From the human T2T-CHM13v2.0 reference genome, Homo sapiens, in NCBI RefSeq assembly GCF_009914755.1, contig NC_060929.1: DNA of 64,000 nucleotides; one strand, given 5' to 3'. The notes beneath the pieces were generated by a model, which had not been told where the DNA came from, ran no database searches, and saw nothing but the letters and a program-made list of their open reading frames with translations. Made by a program: the position numbers and the translations under genes. This document shows positions 35,496-48,429 of this stretch, piece by piece (within the stretch, counting starts at the first letter, position 1; every line of letters starts with the position of its first letter).

Positions 35496-37871
35496 ATGTA
35501 AAATTCTTATCTTTAAATTTATATTCAAGTGATCTTTCTCTGGCTCTCTTATATCTCATCAGTAAAGTAGAAAAACAAAATAAAAGTAAACCAACTTTTT
35601 GAATGGAATGTTGGTTACATTTTTTACCTTCTAACTAGGAACCATTTTTAAAAATAAAACTCTGGTGAGTTGCATCCAGCCCAGGAATATATAAATGACA
35701 ATTGCTGAAAGAGATCTTTAACTAGGGTTTTTATGTTACCTGGTGACTGGTAGTTCTCCCATCTAAAAAAATCATAATTTATTTTTTATTAATACAGGAT
35801 TGGTTTGGTTTGGCTCACAGATCTTGGCCACTATGTCCTCTCTCGGTTACACTGCATACTCTCAGGCTGTAGCAATGGAGAGAATCAGAATTTACTCTCT
35901 TAGATGGGAAGAACCACTTTCTTATTAGGGTGCTAGATGAGAATGACTTAAGAATTGCTCCTGGCATTTTCATGTTTTCATGGAAGCTGTCTCTCCATTT
36001 CTTTATCCCAAATGGTAACAGTAACGGAGAAACTTGTTCCATCATTTCACATCTAGTAGTACATGAGGGTCACTTGAATCAATTGCCAGTTAATATTATA
36101 CCCATTCACTATAAAATGTTCAAGGGGAAGAAACTATATTCATTAAAGAAAGCAGGATAACAAGGAAGAACGTATGTTTTATATTTTGTGACTGGGAAAA
36201 TTTTAATATTTATACATTAAAATGACAATTATATAAGTAGTTCTTTAAATCATGAAATTATTGATACTCAATGTTTTGCAAAGGAATTTTGTATTCTTAA
36301 AAGTGTCTTCTTTGTTTAGAAGCTTAACATTAAAGAAGATGAATTACAAATCTTCTAAGCTCAAACATTTTTAGCGTAAATTATCTCTTTTATTTTCCTT
36401 GATGAATTTAGAATCCCTACCAATAGCTGTAACTATTTTTCTATTTTAAAATTAAACATTAAATAATCACCAGTAACATTTTTGAAGGCTTTAAAAATAG
36501 TGTCAAAATAGTTAGGTCATATAATTTCAGTCAGAAGCAAGGATGTGAACATTTTACTTGTAATCTTATATTGACTTTCCATGAAATGTTTTTAAAATCT
36601 TGCCAAGAACTTAGAGACCACCATTTAACCATTCATAGACAGCCTAGAAGTAGAGTAACACCACTGTAATAAACAAAGTTTTATTTTTTTGTTCTCATGA
36701 CACCCTTCTCCTTGAAAAACATACAATATTTTTAGTAATTTTTTTCACCAAAGAAGTGGCTTAAGTACTTGCTTGATTTCAGTTGAAGTAAAATATCTAA
36801 TTTCTAAAATTATTTCTTTTGGTGTTTTTAATGTCTTTGAATTCAAATGAACAAGATTTTAAAATCTTATTATGGCTCAAAATAGATGGCAAAACATATG
36901 AGCAAAATGAAAGTATGAAGGATTTTACATCCTGAGGCCAGTGGCTTATCTATTGGAACACGTTGGGTCCCTGGTGTGGCACAAAAACACTCAATTTCAC
37001 TCTTGCTTCAAGAAGTACCATGTATAAATGTTCCATGTAACAATTTGACCATTTACAATTGAGGGGCCACTTTAAACTGGAGTAATACACTCAAGAGAGT
37101 TATGGTGACCACAAAAAAAAAAATCATTATAGGTTTATGCAGTAGTTTCAGGTACCAGAGGGAACAACTTCTTCGCAGAGAATGCCTTAAAGTGAAGTAG
37201 CATGTTCCACAAAGAACAAAACGTCTCCTTAGAATGAACAAGTAAGTTAGTTTGCTAAAAGGTACAGTCAATTTCCTCCAAAAATATTGTGGCTAACTGA
37301 TCTTATTTCACTTTCTTACCATAAATCATCTCTCCTTTGACATGCAGTGACCTTGTTTGAGGAATTTCAGTAATTTTAAAATGAAACATTTTATTAATTA
37401 GGCTAAGTCATATTCTGTTTTAAAAAGATATGATTACACAACAAATAAAATACATAGTCTTACTGAAAATTATATTATAGGCTAGTCCAGCAATTCAGGA
37501 GCATTTCCATCTTTCTAAGTTTTTGTGATTGTTGAATGAGACCAAAGGAGATAACAGAAGAACTTGAGAAACTCTAGCCCCAGCATCTTGAAATGAATGA
37601 CAAGATACAGAAGTCTACAGACAAAGGTAAAGAAGAGTAAGTGAGAATATTACTGGGAGTTAGAGTGGTAATCAGGTGTTAGTAGCAAGTATTTCTGGAG
37701 GTTGTCAAACAGTAGGCAAATAACCATAATATACCAGAAAAAATAAATTATAAATCTAATATCTAGACCACATCAGGAAATTCTGGTTTTGATTGTGTAC
37801 AGGTATGTCTTCATTTGCTGAATAGATTTGTGAAACAAAATTTTCTGCAAATAAATTTCAGAGTGGTGTTT

Positions 37872-38080
37872 TAAGGTAGTGAAGAAGACATAAGATTTGG
37901 AATCAGACAGATTTCAGTATTAATTCCAACAACTGCTCCTGAAGGCTGTGTTAATTTAGAGAGATTATTCACTTACCAAAGCCTCAGGCCTTCTATCTGT
38001 AAAGATGGAGCAATGTCACATTAAAAAATACACATGAAATACCTATGAATCAGCCCTAAAACATAAGACTTGGTTAATGC
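37872..38080 (+). mobile_element. MIR
   Basis: tttggaatcagacagattt…gctgtgt…gcctcag…tctatctgtaaagatgg. Confidence 0.7.
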
Positions 38081-38433
38081 AATCTTTTTTTCTTTCTCTC
38101 TCTTCCTGGTTTTTCTTTCCTTCTTCCTGTATCAATTCCAGTCACTTGTCAATAGGTAAATGAAAGTAGAAAGATGTGTTTTGGGGAAATTCCTTCAGTA
38201 AATGAACTTATTAAAACTACAGTATCAGAGAGGCACTGAATATTCTGGACCTCTACCTCTTTCCTTACTAGACTATTTCAAATTTCCCTTTGCTGTCACA
38301 GGGAGTTCTCAACATTTAGTGATTCCCATGTCACAATTTCTCACCTCTCAATTGGTCTGTCTATAGAGAATGTTGCATTGCAAAATTCTCTGAGACTGTA
38401 TTCAAACTTACTAGAAAAAGGTGTCATGGTTGA

Positions 38434-38612
38434 CTATAATGTTCCATATATTCTAGAGTAGATCATTTTCCCTCTCTGAAATTGGGGTGTGTCTTGCACT
38501 CAATGGCATGTTAAAGTCTAGTTGGCAACCGTATTTTTCTGTTTTTAAATTGAACATAAAATAATGGTGTGTCTCATGATTGATGACATCTTAGAGTTAA
38601 AGAAACATGGTA
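38434..38612 (+). mobile_element. MER104-like non-autonomous DNA transposon (TcMar-Tc2)
   Basis: tctctgaaattggggtgtgtcttgcactcaatggc…acataaaataatggtgtgtctcatgattgatgacatcttagag…aaacatggta matches the recalled MER104 layout. Confidence 0.7.
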
Positions 38613-39259
38613 GCAGTGTCTGACATAGGCACAGAAGAGACAATGTAGGCCAGCCATCTTAGACTTAGCAAATTTTATTTACCTTAAAATTTATATTGCG
38701 TAAAATTAGTTGAGTCACTGTTTTATCAAGAGCTATTTTGTAATTCTCTAAAACCAGATTACTTAGCATCAGATATACTTATATGCATATAAAAGTAAAG
38801 AGATATAAATGTATTTTCTACTTTTTTATGACTCTAAGTTTATTAATGGTATGTGAAAACTGTCTATATTCATTCAGTATTTGAACAAAACCTTACCCAG
38901 CATTTCAAAATATTTGCAGAGACAATGCATTTACTCTAGAGAAATGTGTTATTTTTTTACCTATATATACTTTTTATATAATAGTTTATTACCTACAGAT
39001 GGCTAAAACATACATTCATAATGTATACTCCAGAAAAAAAATATGTTAAGGTGTTAAATGTTGTCATGTTAAATTAAAATGTTTAATTAAATTAATTTTT
39101 TTAAAGAATCATAAATACAGTCTTAAATGTACATGGTACCATCGTAAATACCATGGCCAGAGTTCTACGGTATATCCCTGTAGTTATATATTCTTATTGG
39201 TAAATATAATTATAATTTTAGATAATTATTTACATTTCTTTATATATTGTATGCCTCTA

Positions 39260-39436
39260 ACTATATGGTGCATTAATTCTAAGACATTGATTCTAAACTT
39301 TTAACCTCTCTAAGAGAGAATCTTGTCTTATAGTCCATGATATAATTATAATTGGTAGAGGTTTTTTTTTCTTAATGGCACCAAAATGAATTGTACACTT
39401 TACAATCAATGGAATCTTAGATTAAACGTGGAATAG
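39260..39436 (+). mobile_element. Second, more decayed MER104-like copy
   Basis: ttaattctaagac…ttttaacctctct…tttcttaatggcaccaaaatgaattg…ttacaatcaatggaatcttagatt. Confidence 0.55.
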
Positions 39437-42400
39437 AAAGAGACATATAAAGAGAGCTAAAAAAGATAAATTTTGTACATAGATACTACCCTACTCTTTT
39501 TTCCCTCATGACATAAATTATTATTCTGGAAAATATATTGCAGGAAAATATATTACAAACCAATAATTACTTTTAAGAGAAGCTAATTTACTCGAAATTT
39601 CTTCTAAGTGTGCAAGGAACTCAGTATTTTGAAGACATTCTTTTAATTTCCAAAGTATTATAGGGTCTTAATATTAATATGATGGAGTGGAGTAAAATTA
39701 TAGAGTAAAGGAATATAAATGGTGCTCATAGCCTGGATTATATATTTATTGATTATTAACATTATTTCCTTTGCAAAGAACCTGAGTTTGTGCTCAGAGT
39801 TTAATTAATTATTTTCTGGTGATAGAAAGCTATTTTTATTTGGGGAAAAATATTACATAAATATTATTTTAATAATATTTATGCATTCCATATTTGATTT
39901 AATTGAAAATGAATCCATGAAATATATTTAAAACATACTAAAATATATATGATTTTTAAATAAAAGTAAAAATACATTAATCAAAATATTGTCACCTTTC
40001 ATCTGGCATAACTCACTAATTTGAAACTAGTTTAAATTATTAAATAACTATGCATATAAAGATATAACTAAGTAAATATCCCTTTCTATTAATACTGGAA
40101 AAGTTAAAAAGATTTTAAACATTTCCACCTATGATGGATTGAGTAAATACATAACAATTCACTCATGTAATAAAGAGTATGCTTGCTATTAAAAGTGAGA
40201 TTGCTAAAACAAACAAACATGAAAAAGAGTCAATGTCTGTGAAATAATGCTACTAAAATGATTACAAATTTACTCATATATTGGGAAACACAAATGCTTA
40301 TTACATTTCCAATATAAAAATGTGTATACTTCTGATTTTTCTATAGTGAACATACTGAGTTTTGTATGTTTAAAAGATAAGAAAAACAATTAAGACAGAA
40401 TACACCAAGAGTCAATAAAACTTAATGATAAGAGCAGCTAGGAAATGTGAACAAAAACTTAAAGACAAACAATTTTGTCCTTCTATGTGTATTCTTACCT
40501 AGTTTATGTAAAGGAAGCATAAGTGCATCATTTGGGTGATGATTAATTGAGTGTTTAACTTTAGACAGGCAAAGGTATGTTGGAACCAGCACACATACAG
40601 AAATAGCTCTCTCACATGTAGATATTGCTTGCACAAACTGTAGAACCTATACAATCAGCACCTCTCTCTCTCTCTTTTTTTTTCTTAAATAATGACTCTA
40701 ACTTTAGATCTTTCCTTTGCTCATATTGAAAGTCATCCAGAAAAGAAGTTTTCAGATTGTACAGTTAGTATTTGAACTGGCAGCAGTGACCTGATCTAAG
40801 AGCACAGCCTTTTTCACAAGCTTTGATGTGCTGTCAGGACAAATCCTGGGATTCTTGGCATCAGGTTTTAATTTGCTATCATGAAAATGAATTGCATATT
40901 CAGTACTATGGCAGACAGTTTCTGTCTATTACCAATCTTGGGAAGTAGTTGGAAGTGCTGCTTAAGTCAAATGATCAGAAAAAAAAATGATAATTTGTCA
41001 GTTTCATTATGTGTCTAGTAATTTGTCTCATTCATAATAAGTATTTAGGACATTTTTGATTGGGTGTCAGGCATGCATTACCTCTGACAGTAGAATCTGT
41101 TGCCACATGTAGTCTGGGAGAGCACTGGTTAACAGCATATGGGAACTCTTTCTCTCACTGCTTATAAAAATATTGAACGGTCCTACAGTTTTAGAGACTA
41201 TTAGAAATAAAGTGCTGAGATCAAAATAAAGAGAATTTGCACTTCTTACAATACTCAATTCATAAATGTCTTACACTCGATGTGTCTGTTTTTTTGGTGT
41301 GTGTATAATTGTTAATGAGTGCCATGATATTTTTAAAGAAATAAGAAATCTTAGAAATTGTAATCAAAGTGGTTTTATCCTGAACAGCAGTGCAAAGCCC
41401 TGTTTTAGGAAAAATTAAGAGCATATGTTCCAGAATTCAGCCCTAATTTGCAATGAATTGCTTCAGTAAAAGCACTTATATCAGTACTGTTAATCTTAAT
41501 GGTTACAAGTGACCCATGTTTTAATAATCCAGAACATCAGTTGAGTACAAAATCTCTTTTTCTAATTAAGAATGTTTGACCACAAGAGGGAGTTCCTTGC
41601 CAACTGTTTACTTAGCCTCAGCAGATATGATGGGCCAGAATTTACACAGAAAAATACCTTCAAATATATTTAGTTTCTTCAGTGCTTTTAGATTGAGAAA
41701 ATGATGACAATCTATTTAAATTTAGGTCTTCATGAATTTTCAGAATGAAATATAATTTGCACTATGAAATTCTTAGGTTAGCATACCAATCATTTTTTAG
41801 GAATGAAATGATGTGCCATGTTTTTGAAAGAGGTTTCAAAATTTGCACCTGCAAATTTGCAGTGCACCAGTTTGTGAACAAAACCCACACTGATATACCA
41901 AAGACCCTTTGAGGCCATAGATTGTGCCACTGTACACCAACTTACTTAATTTGCATAAAGAAAGATAGCTTTGTCTACATAAACTGACACACATATTTTT
42001 GCCGAATTTGGTATCATCAGTGAATACAGTATAGGATGTGGAATGTGACTTTGAAGGTACAAAACTAAATTAGCATGTTTGAAGAAAAAAAGTTAATCCT
42101 TCAACTAGTGGACTCCTTGGCATACAAATCAAGGCTATTTTCCTCATGATTAGGTATGTAATATACCCAGTATCTCAATCATATATTAGAAAACTAAAAA
42201 TATTTCCTACCTCATAATGATTTGCCTTAAAATTACATGTAATCCAGAGCATCCCAGTAAAGTGTGTTCTGACACAACTCTGAAAAAGTAACAGCATAAT
42301 TAGGAAATACTTTATGCAATATTCCATGTGTGCTTCTTTTTAATTAAAGAAAAAAAAAAGTAGGATTGTTTTAAAACTTGCATATTATTCCCCCAAGAAT

Positions 42401-43219
42401 TTGATTTCTGTTGTGGTTATTCCTAAAGTTTTATACCATAGCCTCCTGAAGTGATACTCAGCAGCATCTTCCTCACCGTAAGATGAGAGCAAGAATTCTC
42501 CATGGCAAAGCACAGGGGCATTTAGAGATAGGCACTCCAGCCACACCTATCGAGATAATTAATAAGTGTAACAGTAGTAAATGCAGTAATTTTGGCAAAA
42601 CTTATTTGGAGAAAATGACTGTATCTCACATGTGTCGCACTGGCTATAATACAGGATATAGGAGAAGAAAATACCAGTAATTCTTTTTACTGTTACCTCC
42701 CACCCCCTGTGGTTCTTAGGATTGTATTATTTTAAACCTTTTTTGACACATTTTGCCCCATGAAGTCATGCATTTTTAAGAGCTGATCTCTTTACAGTAA
42801 CTTAAACTGACAAGTAAGGAAAGCAGAATTCTTTGGTGACCCCGGCAGTTCTGCAGCTCACTGAAAGGCTTCTCCCCAACCTGTTTCTAAGACAGACATG
42901 GTGAGGAATACAAGGACAGCACGTGCTTATATATATTCAACAATAAGAATTCAAATACAATAAAATGCAGGGAAAGTCACAAGACACTGTGAAAACACAT
43001 GCACGAAATTATAGACAGAAATAAGTTTGAAATAAATATCCTTTGTTGGTGTAAAGTTGAGAAATGATAAATCATTCATTTTAGTCTGGAACCAAAGTCA
43101 AGCTGACAATAACATGGAGAAATGAAGATTTATCTTATTTTTTCAGCAAGTTGTTGCAGGTATACTGTGCAATCTTTTATGGAGTAGGAAAGTGGTTAAT
43201 TTTCCTTCCTTCCTTACCT

Positions 43220-43280
43220 CCTCTCTCTCTCTGTTTCTCTCAGATGCACACACACACGCGCTCGCACAGACACACACACA
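43220..43280. repeat. (CT)n/(CA)n compound microsatellite
   Basis: ctctctctctct…cacacacacacgcg…cacacacaca. Confidence 0.8.
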
Positions 43281-43444
43281 GAAACGATACATGTACTTTT
43301 CTTTGGGGTTAATTATATTAAGATTCTTAACGGTTGTATTAAAAATATGCCTAACACTAAGCCTTAGTGAAAACATCTGGAAGTTTTGGTTTCCATGATG
43401 TAAAAAATCCAGATGTTTGGAAATATGCTTACTGACTGATTTGT

Positions 43445-43508
43445 ATATGTGTGTGTGAGCACGTGAGTTTGTGTGCATATATATATATATATATATGTGT
43501 GTGTGTAT
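43445..43508. repeat. (TG)n/(TA)n compound microsatellite
   Basis: gtgtgtgtg…atatatatatatatatat gtgtgtgtgt. Confidence 0.85.
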
Positions 43509-44272
43509 AGTCTTTTGCTTCACTGGTGTCATGAAGACAAAACCTTGAACTCCACATATTGTCATTATGAAACATAGTGATTTCCAAAATCCACCTTATA
43601 AACTTATAACATACATTATTAACATTTTATTTTAGCAAATCTCTCACACTATCAATGTATGGATATTTGAAATTGAAATAAGACATCATGCTAACTATCT
43701 GCAAAGGAGATTAAATATCAAGTCCAACTCTTTAATTTAACATAGTTGGCCATAAAGAACCAGAGACGCTCAGAGTTACTTGCTCATAGGGACATTTCCA
43801 ACTCTTTCAAAGTTGGGACAAAACTCCCAGTCCTAACTTCCCAATCCAGGAATACTGTTTTCATATCATAACAAGTAGCATCCATACATGATAGGAAAAA
43901 AACCTGAAAGGGAAAAGAATTGTAGCCTTAAGAGTTTCACTAAGAAATTCATGTTTATTTGAACTTTAAAAAGGGATCATGTATTTTATTATTTTTAGTA
44001 ATGTCTTGGTGTTTTACTTGACTGATATATTTTAAATATTATTGGTGCTATTAATGCTTTTGTTATGATGATTATGACATTAATAAATTATAATTCCACA
44101 AAACCAATTTACATGCAAATGTAGTAAGCAAATTTTATTCATCAGTATAAATTACCAAATAAGAAGAGCATACAACTTCCTAGCAGTGTGTTCCAAGTCA
44201 GGTAAGATGAGTGAGTTTTTCAGTCGCAAAATGACTTCGATAAATTCTAATAAGCCATTCAAAAAATGTAGC

Positions 44273-44363
44273 TTAAAATATGCCAAAATATCCACATGCC
44301 GCCACTGGACTGAGGGCTTCAGTTAATACTGCAAAAAGCTATCTTTAATAGCTATTGGTTGCT
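44273..44363 (+). repeat. ~90-bp direct repeat, copy 1 (copy 2 at 45386-45478)
   Basis: ttaaaatatgccaaaata…cactggactgagggcttcagttaata…tctttaatagctatt(g/a)gttgct occurs twice, about 1.1 kb apart. Confidence 0.92.
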
Positions 44364-44619
44364 CAGCAGGATGAGTAAGGCTGGGATTAGAGATAATGAT
44401 ACTTGTTGGAGCCACAGGGAGGCAGAGGAGAAAGCGATCGGCCTCCCTTGGCTTTGTAAAAGCATATTGAAAAGAAACTTATATTCAGGAGAACATGATA
44501 CTAGGCAGTGATACATCTGATAATCTAAATATTTCTTTTTTTTCTTTTAAGTTGATCTGAGACAGCTATTTCACATTTAAATATAGTATTGAAATTCTTA
44601 GACGTCAGAGAACACATCG

Positions 44620-45335
44620 TGAAATCTCTCTTGTATTAGCCTCTCCTTTTTGCATTCCACTGTCTCCATTCTATTTCAAACCTTGTCATCTTAGTGAATA
44701 TCAGTTTACTGATATTCTTTCCTTTGCGATTGTCCTACACACAGTACCTCTCCAAAGTAGTGCAAACTAATTGCAAAAGCCAGAACAATCTTTCTAGTGG
44801 GCTGCTGTGATTGTGTTACTTCCTTATGCTGAAACTTGCTCTTTCATATTCAGTACAAAACAAATTTCATGTAATAACATTTAAAGTTTCCTCCTAGAAG
44901 ATATCAACTTGTTTTATTGTTGTTCTTGTTGTTTTTAATGAACACTGTTCCCATGTGAAACGTTCCTTGAACTACTGTGTCCTTTCAGACTCATACTATG
45001 GATTCCCTCAGGCAGGAAAGCCTACCCTTTGCCTGTTGAAATCTAGCTACCTTTTAAGGCCCAGATCAATTAAGATGTACACTATAAGTCTTTCTTCGTC
45101 TCTGTTATGAATAGATCCCTTACTGCTCATCTCTTGATAGCAGTCAATTTGTACCACTAACAACAACACCTATGCTGAAATTATAATTATTTGTTTGTAG
45201 GTGCTATTGCCCCATCACATTTTGCTCCCCTCTATGGCATAGACCATGTCATATCCAACTTTATCGTGCAAGACTGTCTGTTTGCTACATAATAGGCTCT
45301 ACATAAGTTATTTGAGAATTGATGAATTAATTGAA
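44620..45335 (+). mobile_element. L2 3' fragment
   Basis: cttttaaggcccagatcaa…agaccatgtcatatccaacttt…aataggctctacataagttatttgagaattgatgaattaattgaa (L2 tail). Confidence 0.65.
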
Positions 45336-45385
45336 ATTTTAAAACATAGTAGATTGCATGAACATGAATATTAGCAAAAATAACT

Positions 45386-45478
45386 TTAAAATATGCCAAA
45401 ATATTCACCTGCTGTCACTGGACTGAGGGCTTCAGTTAATATTGCAAAAAAAGCTGTCTTTAATAGCTATTAGTTGCT
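45386..45478 (+). repeat. ~90-bp direct repeat, copy 2
   Basis: Matches 44273-44363 apart from a handful of substitutions and a 2-nt A-run difference. Confidence 0.92.
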
Positions 45479-45539
45479 ATTAAATAGCGATTTTTAGGAT
45501 TTAAAGCCATTTAAATTCAGAACTTTTAGTGACTTACTG

Positions 45540-45941
45540 TGCCAGTGGCCTTCTGTTTGTCCCTCCAATGGCCAAAAAAGAACATTACAAGAAGGTTGCA
45601 ACAGTGAGAAAATGAATGCGCAGAGGTCTACTCCCCCTGTGCCTTCTCTCAGAGATTACATTGGGATAGTTTCTTTTGACCAAAGGTCCTGGCTCCTTTC
45701 AGAAGTAAGGTTCTCCCAAGCTCTCTCTCTCCATGTTCTGATAACTGCCTCTTCCTCTTGCCCTTCAAGCTGAGGTATGTTATTTAAGCCCTTCTGTCAC
45801 TACTCCCAAGAGGCTGCACTGTTTCTTGCAGCATTTCTCTGTCCCACTCATGCCATTATAATTAGTCCCTTTAGTAAACTCTGTTCCAATTTTTCTATCT
45901 GATGGTGTCATCTATTTTCTGACAGGAGCCTGACTGAAACA
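45540..45941 (+). mobile_element. LTR33-like ERVL LTR
   Basis: 3' end tagtccctttagtaaactct…gtcatctattttctgacaggagcctgactgaaaca. Confidence 0.65.
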
Positions 45942-46158
45942 TCTATAAATGTGTATGGATTTATGGTGCATATACTTTGTGTATCTACAAAATGACAATT
46001 GTCAACAGCCATGGGGAATTACTAAAACTAACAAATGACTATCTTTTCCTTAGAGTATTATAGTAACAATCTTAATTAATTTGATCACCAATAATTCTAT
46101 TCAATGAGTGAGCATTAACTTCAGTTCTGCTTTTAGCCATTACTATACAACAGAGAAC

Positions 46159-46170
46159 ATAGACAGATAG

Positions 46171-46201
<31 letters not shown>

Positions 46202-46226
46202 TAGATAGATAGATCGATAGATAGAC
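46159..46226. repeat. (GATA/TAGA)n tetranucleotide STR with interruptions
   Basis: agatagatagatggatagatagatag…gatcgatagatagac. Confidence 0.95.
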
Positions 46227-48429
46227 ACATGTATATACACACATGTATTCCTAAGTCCTTCTTTTCAGAATATAAAGTTATTGAAGTGTTCAAGACCTAT
46301 GCACAGACAACATCTCTTGCCAACTAATGTCTATATAAAGTCAATATACCAGTTATTCTAATTGATAATTGTGAGTCATAATTACATCTTTGATTTTTAA
46401 AAAAAATCCTATGATAGCACTTAAACTGCTTGCCAACCTTTCCGAAAGCTGAAGTAATTTGTTATTTTTATAAGTAGGCAAAACTTAAAGTTTTTCTTAA
46501 ATATCTATGCACTACCTCGTGTCTTGTTAGATTCTAAAGACACCCTATATTAATACACAATATGTAGTTTATTAAAAGCTTGGATGATAAAACCATTAAT
46601 AAAATGTCTACTTAAAATAATATTTTTCAGAAGTTTGTCAAGAAGTAAAATTGACAAATTATATAGTATTGGTCTCCTGTTGGAAGACTATGCAAAATCA
46701 ACAAATAGAAAATGTGAAAATAAAGACAGTTTTCTATCTTAGGCTTAAAAAACCACATCCTTACACACTCTATTCTAAAGAATTGTATTTTGGAAGGAAA
46801 CATCATTTTTTTTTGTTAGTGTTCTTAAATGCTTTTCTCCAGATAAAATATGGCTGTACCAATTTGAATCCAATTTTGTAATTAAAAATTTCTCCCCCTC
46901 TGTGAACTTGTAGTAATGTTTCATCCAAAAGCAGATTATTACAACCAAATTACAAACCCCTAAAGAGAAGGGTGGCATTATAAATGGAAACACCCACACA
47001 ACCTTAAGTACAATATAGCAGTGCAAACAGCATTGCTCTAATGACAGTAATCCTGCTTGCCTTAGCTGTATTCATGCAAATGACAATTTAGTACAGATGT
47101 GGCACACATTTGCATGGTTAATGGCATCATTTTTTGTCCTTTTCTACTCCTCTATACTATGATCAGCTGTTATGCTTAACATTACAAATTCTATGTGCTG
47201 TTCCTAACATTAGTAGAAACATAAGGCTGGTAGTCCTTGTCAGTGATTTAACTAAAACATGCATATGCACAAAAAAGCGGGAGGTGTAGGAGGGATAGGG
47301 TGGGGAGAGGTGGTTAGTGCCTGGTTGAGGCTTTCTCTTTTTAAGACGTTCCCTTTCAAGGATGACTCTGGAATAGAAACAATTTTTAATATATGAAAAA
47401 CATCAATAGTTTTCCTGTTTCAGTAACATACTCAGAATATTCCACATGTAAGTGCAACTCATAGTTCCTACCTAGATTTATGTATACATCTCTCTCCATT
47501 CCATTATAAATGGTGCATCTCAATTCAGGGAAAGAACATGTTCATTCTTTGGAAGATTTGATGACAATGACATGCAAAATATTGACAGGTCAGTTTAAGA
47601 AGGTAACTAATCCACATGTACCATATTACTCTTGTTATTAACATTTCCTAATGCTAAAATTGCCAGTATAAAACCGTGAGCACCATATTAAGAAGCAGAT
47701 ACATCCCTCGGCAAGAAAAGTGGTAAGTAATCTAATGTTTTGATGTGCTTGAGAAATATATTATATACCGACAAAGAGAGAGTTAAGCCTTATTTCATGG
47801 TGAAACAAAATAACATGACATTTTTTAAACACGACATTGTAATAAAATTTATTGATTTTAAGAAATTGTAGGTGATTCTTTTACTTTCTTATTTTTAAAT
47901 CTGGAGAGAACATTTCAAATGTTTTATTTTTCTTATGACTTCTAAATTTGAGAATTTTACCAATTATTAAACCTAACACTAAATCAAAGTAGCCTTTATT
48001 CTTTGTTAAACATTTTCTTGTGTTTCTCCATTCTCTTTTTCTTCATTTGCTTTTTTTACTCTCCATAAAACTCCACTCCAACACATACTCTATCATCTAT
48101 CATCTCCTACAGCCTAAAGATCTCCTTTCCTTTAAAGTGCATTCTCTTACATGGCAGACGCCATTTACTATTCTTGCATTTTACAAAGTGTCCCATTATT
48201 CATGCATAACTTCTCAAATATATGTATATATATAAATTATATGTATACTTTTTATGTTCTTTTTTTAGCCAATCTATGAATTGCTGCATCTAAGCATCGA
48301 GATTCCTTGCCTAATTCCTTTACCCAAATTTGGATTCAAAACTAGGTCCCACTCTACTAGTAAGACAGTGGTATAATGTTTGATGTATTGAAGGCCATTA
48401 TAAAGCCCATAAGTTATGTAAACAACCTC

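Noticed and set aside
42470-43165. Splice-like sites (cc|gtaaga ~42478, atg|gtgagg ~42900, ttttttcag| ~43146) as host exons
   Set aside because: No consistent acceptor-donor pair with a credible frame; such motifs are expected by chance. A lncRNA cannot be excluded without RNA data.
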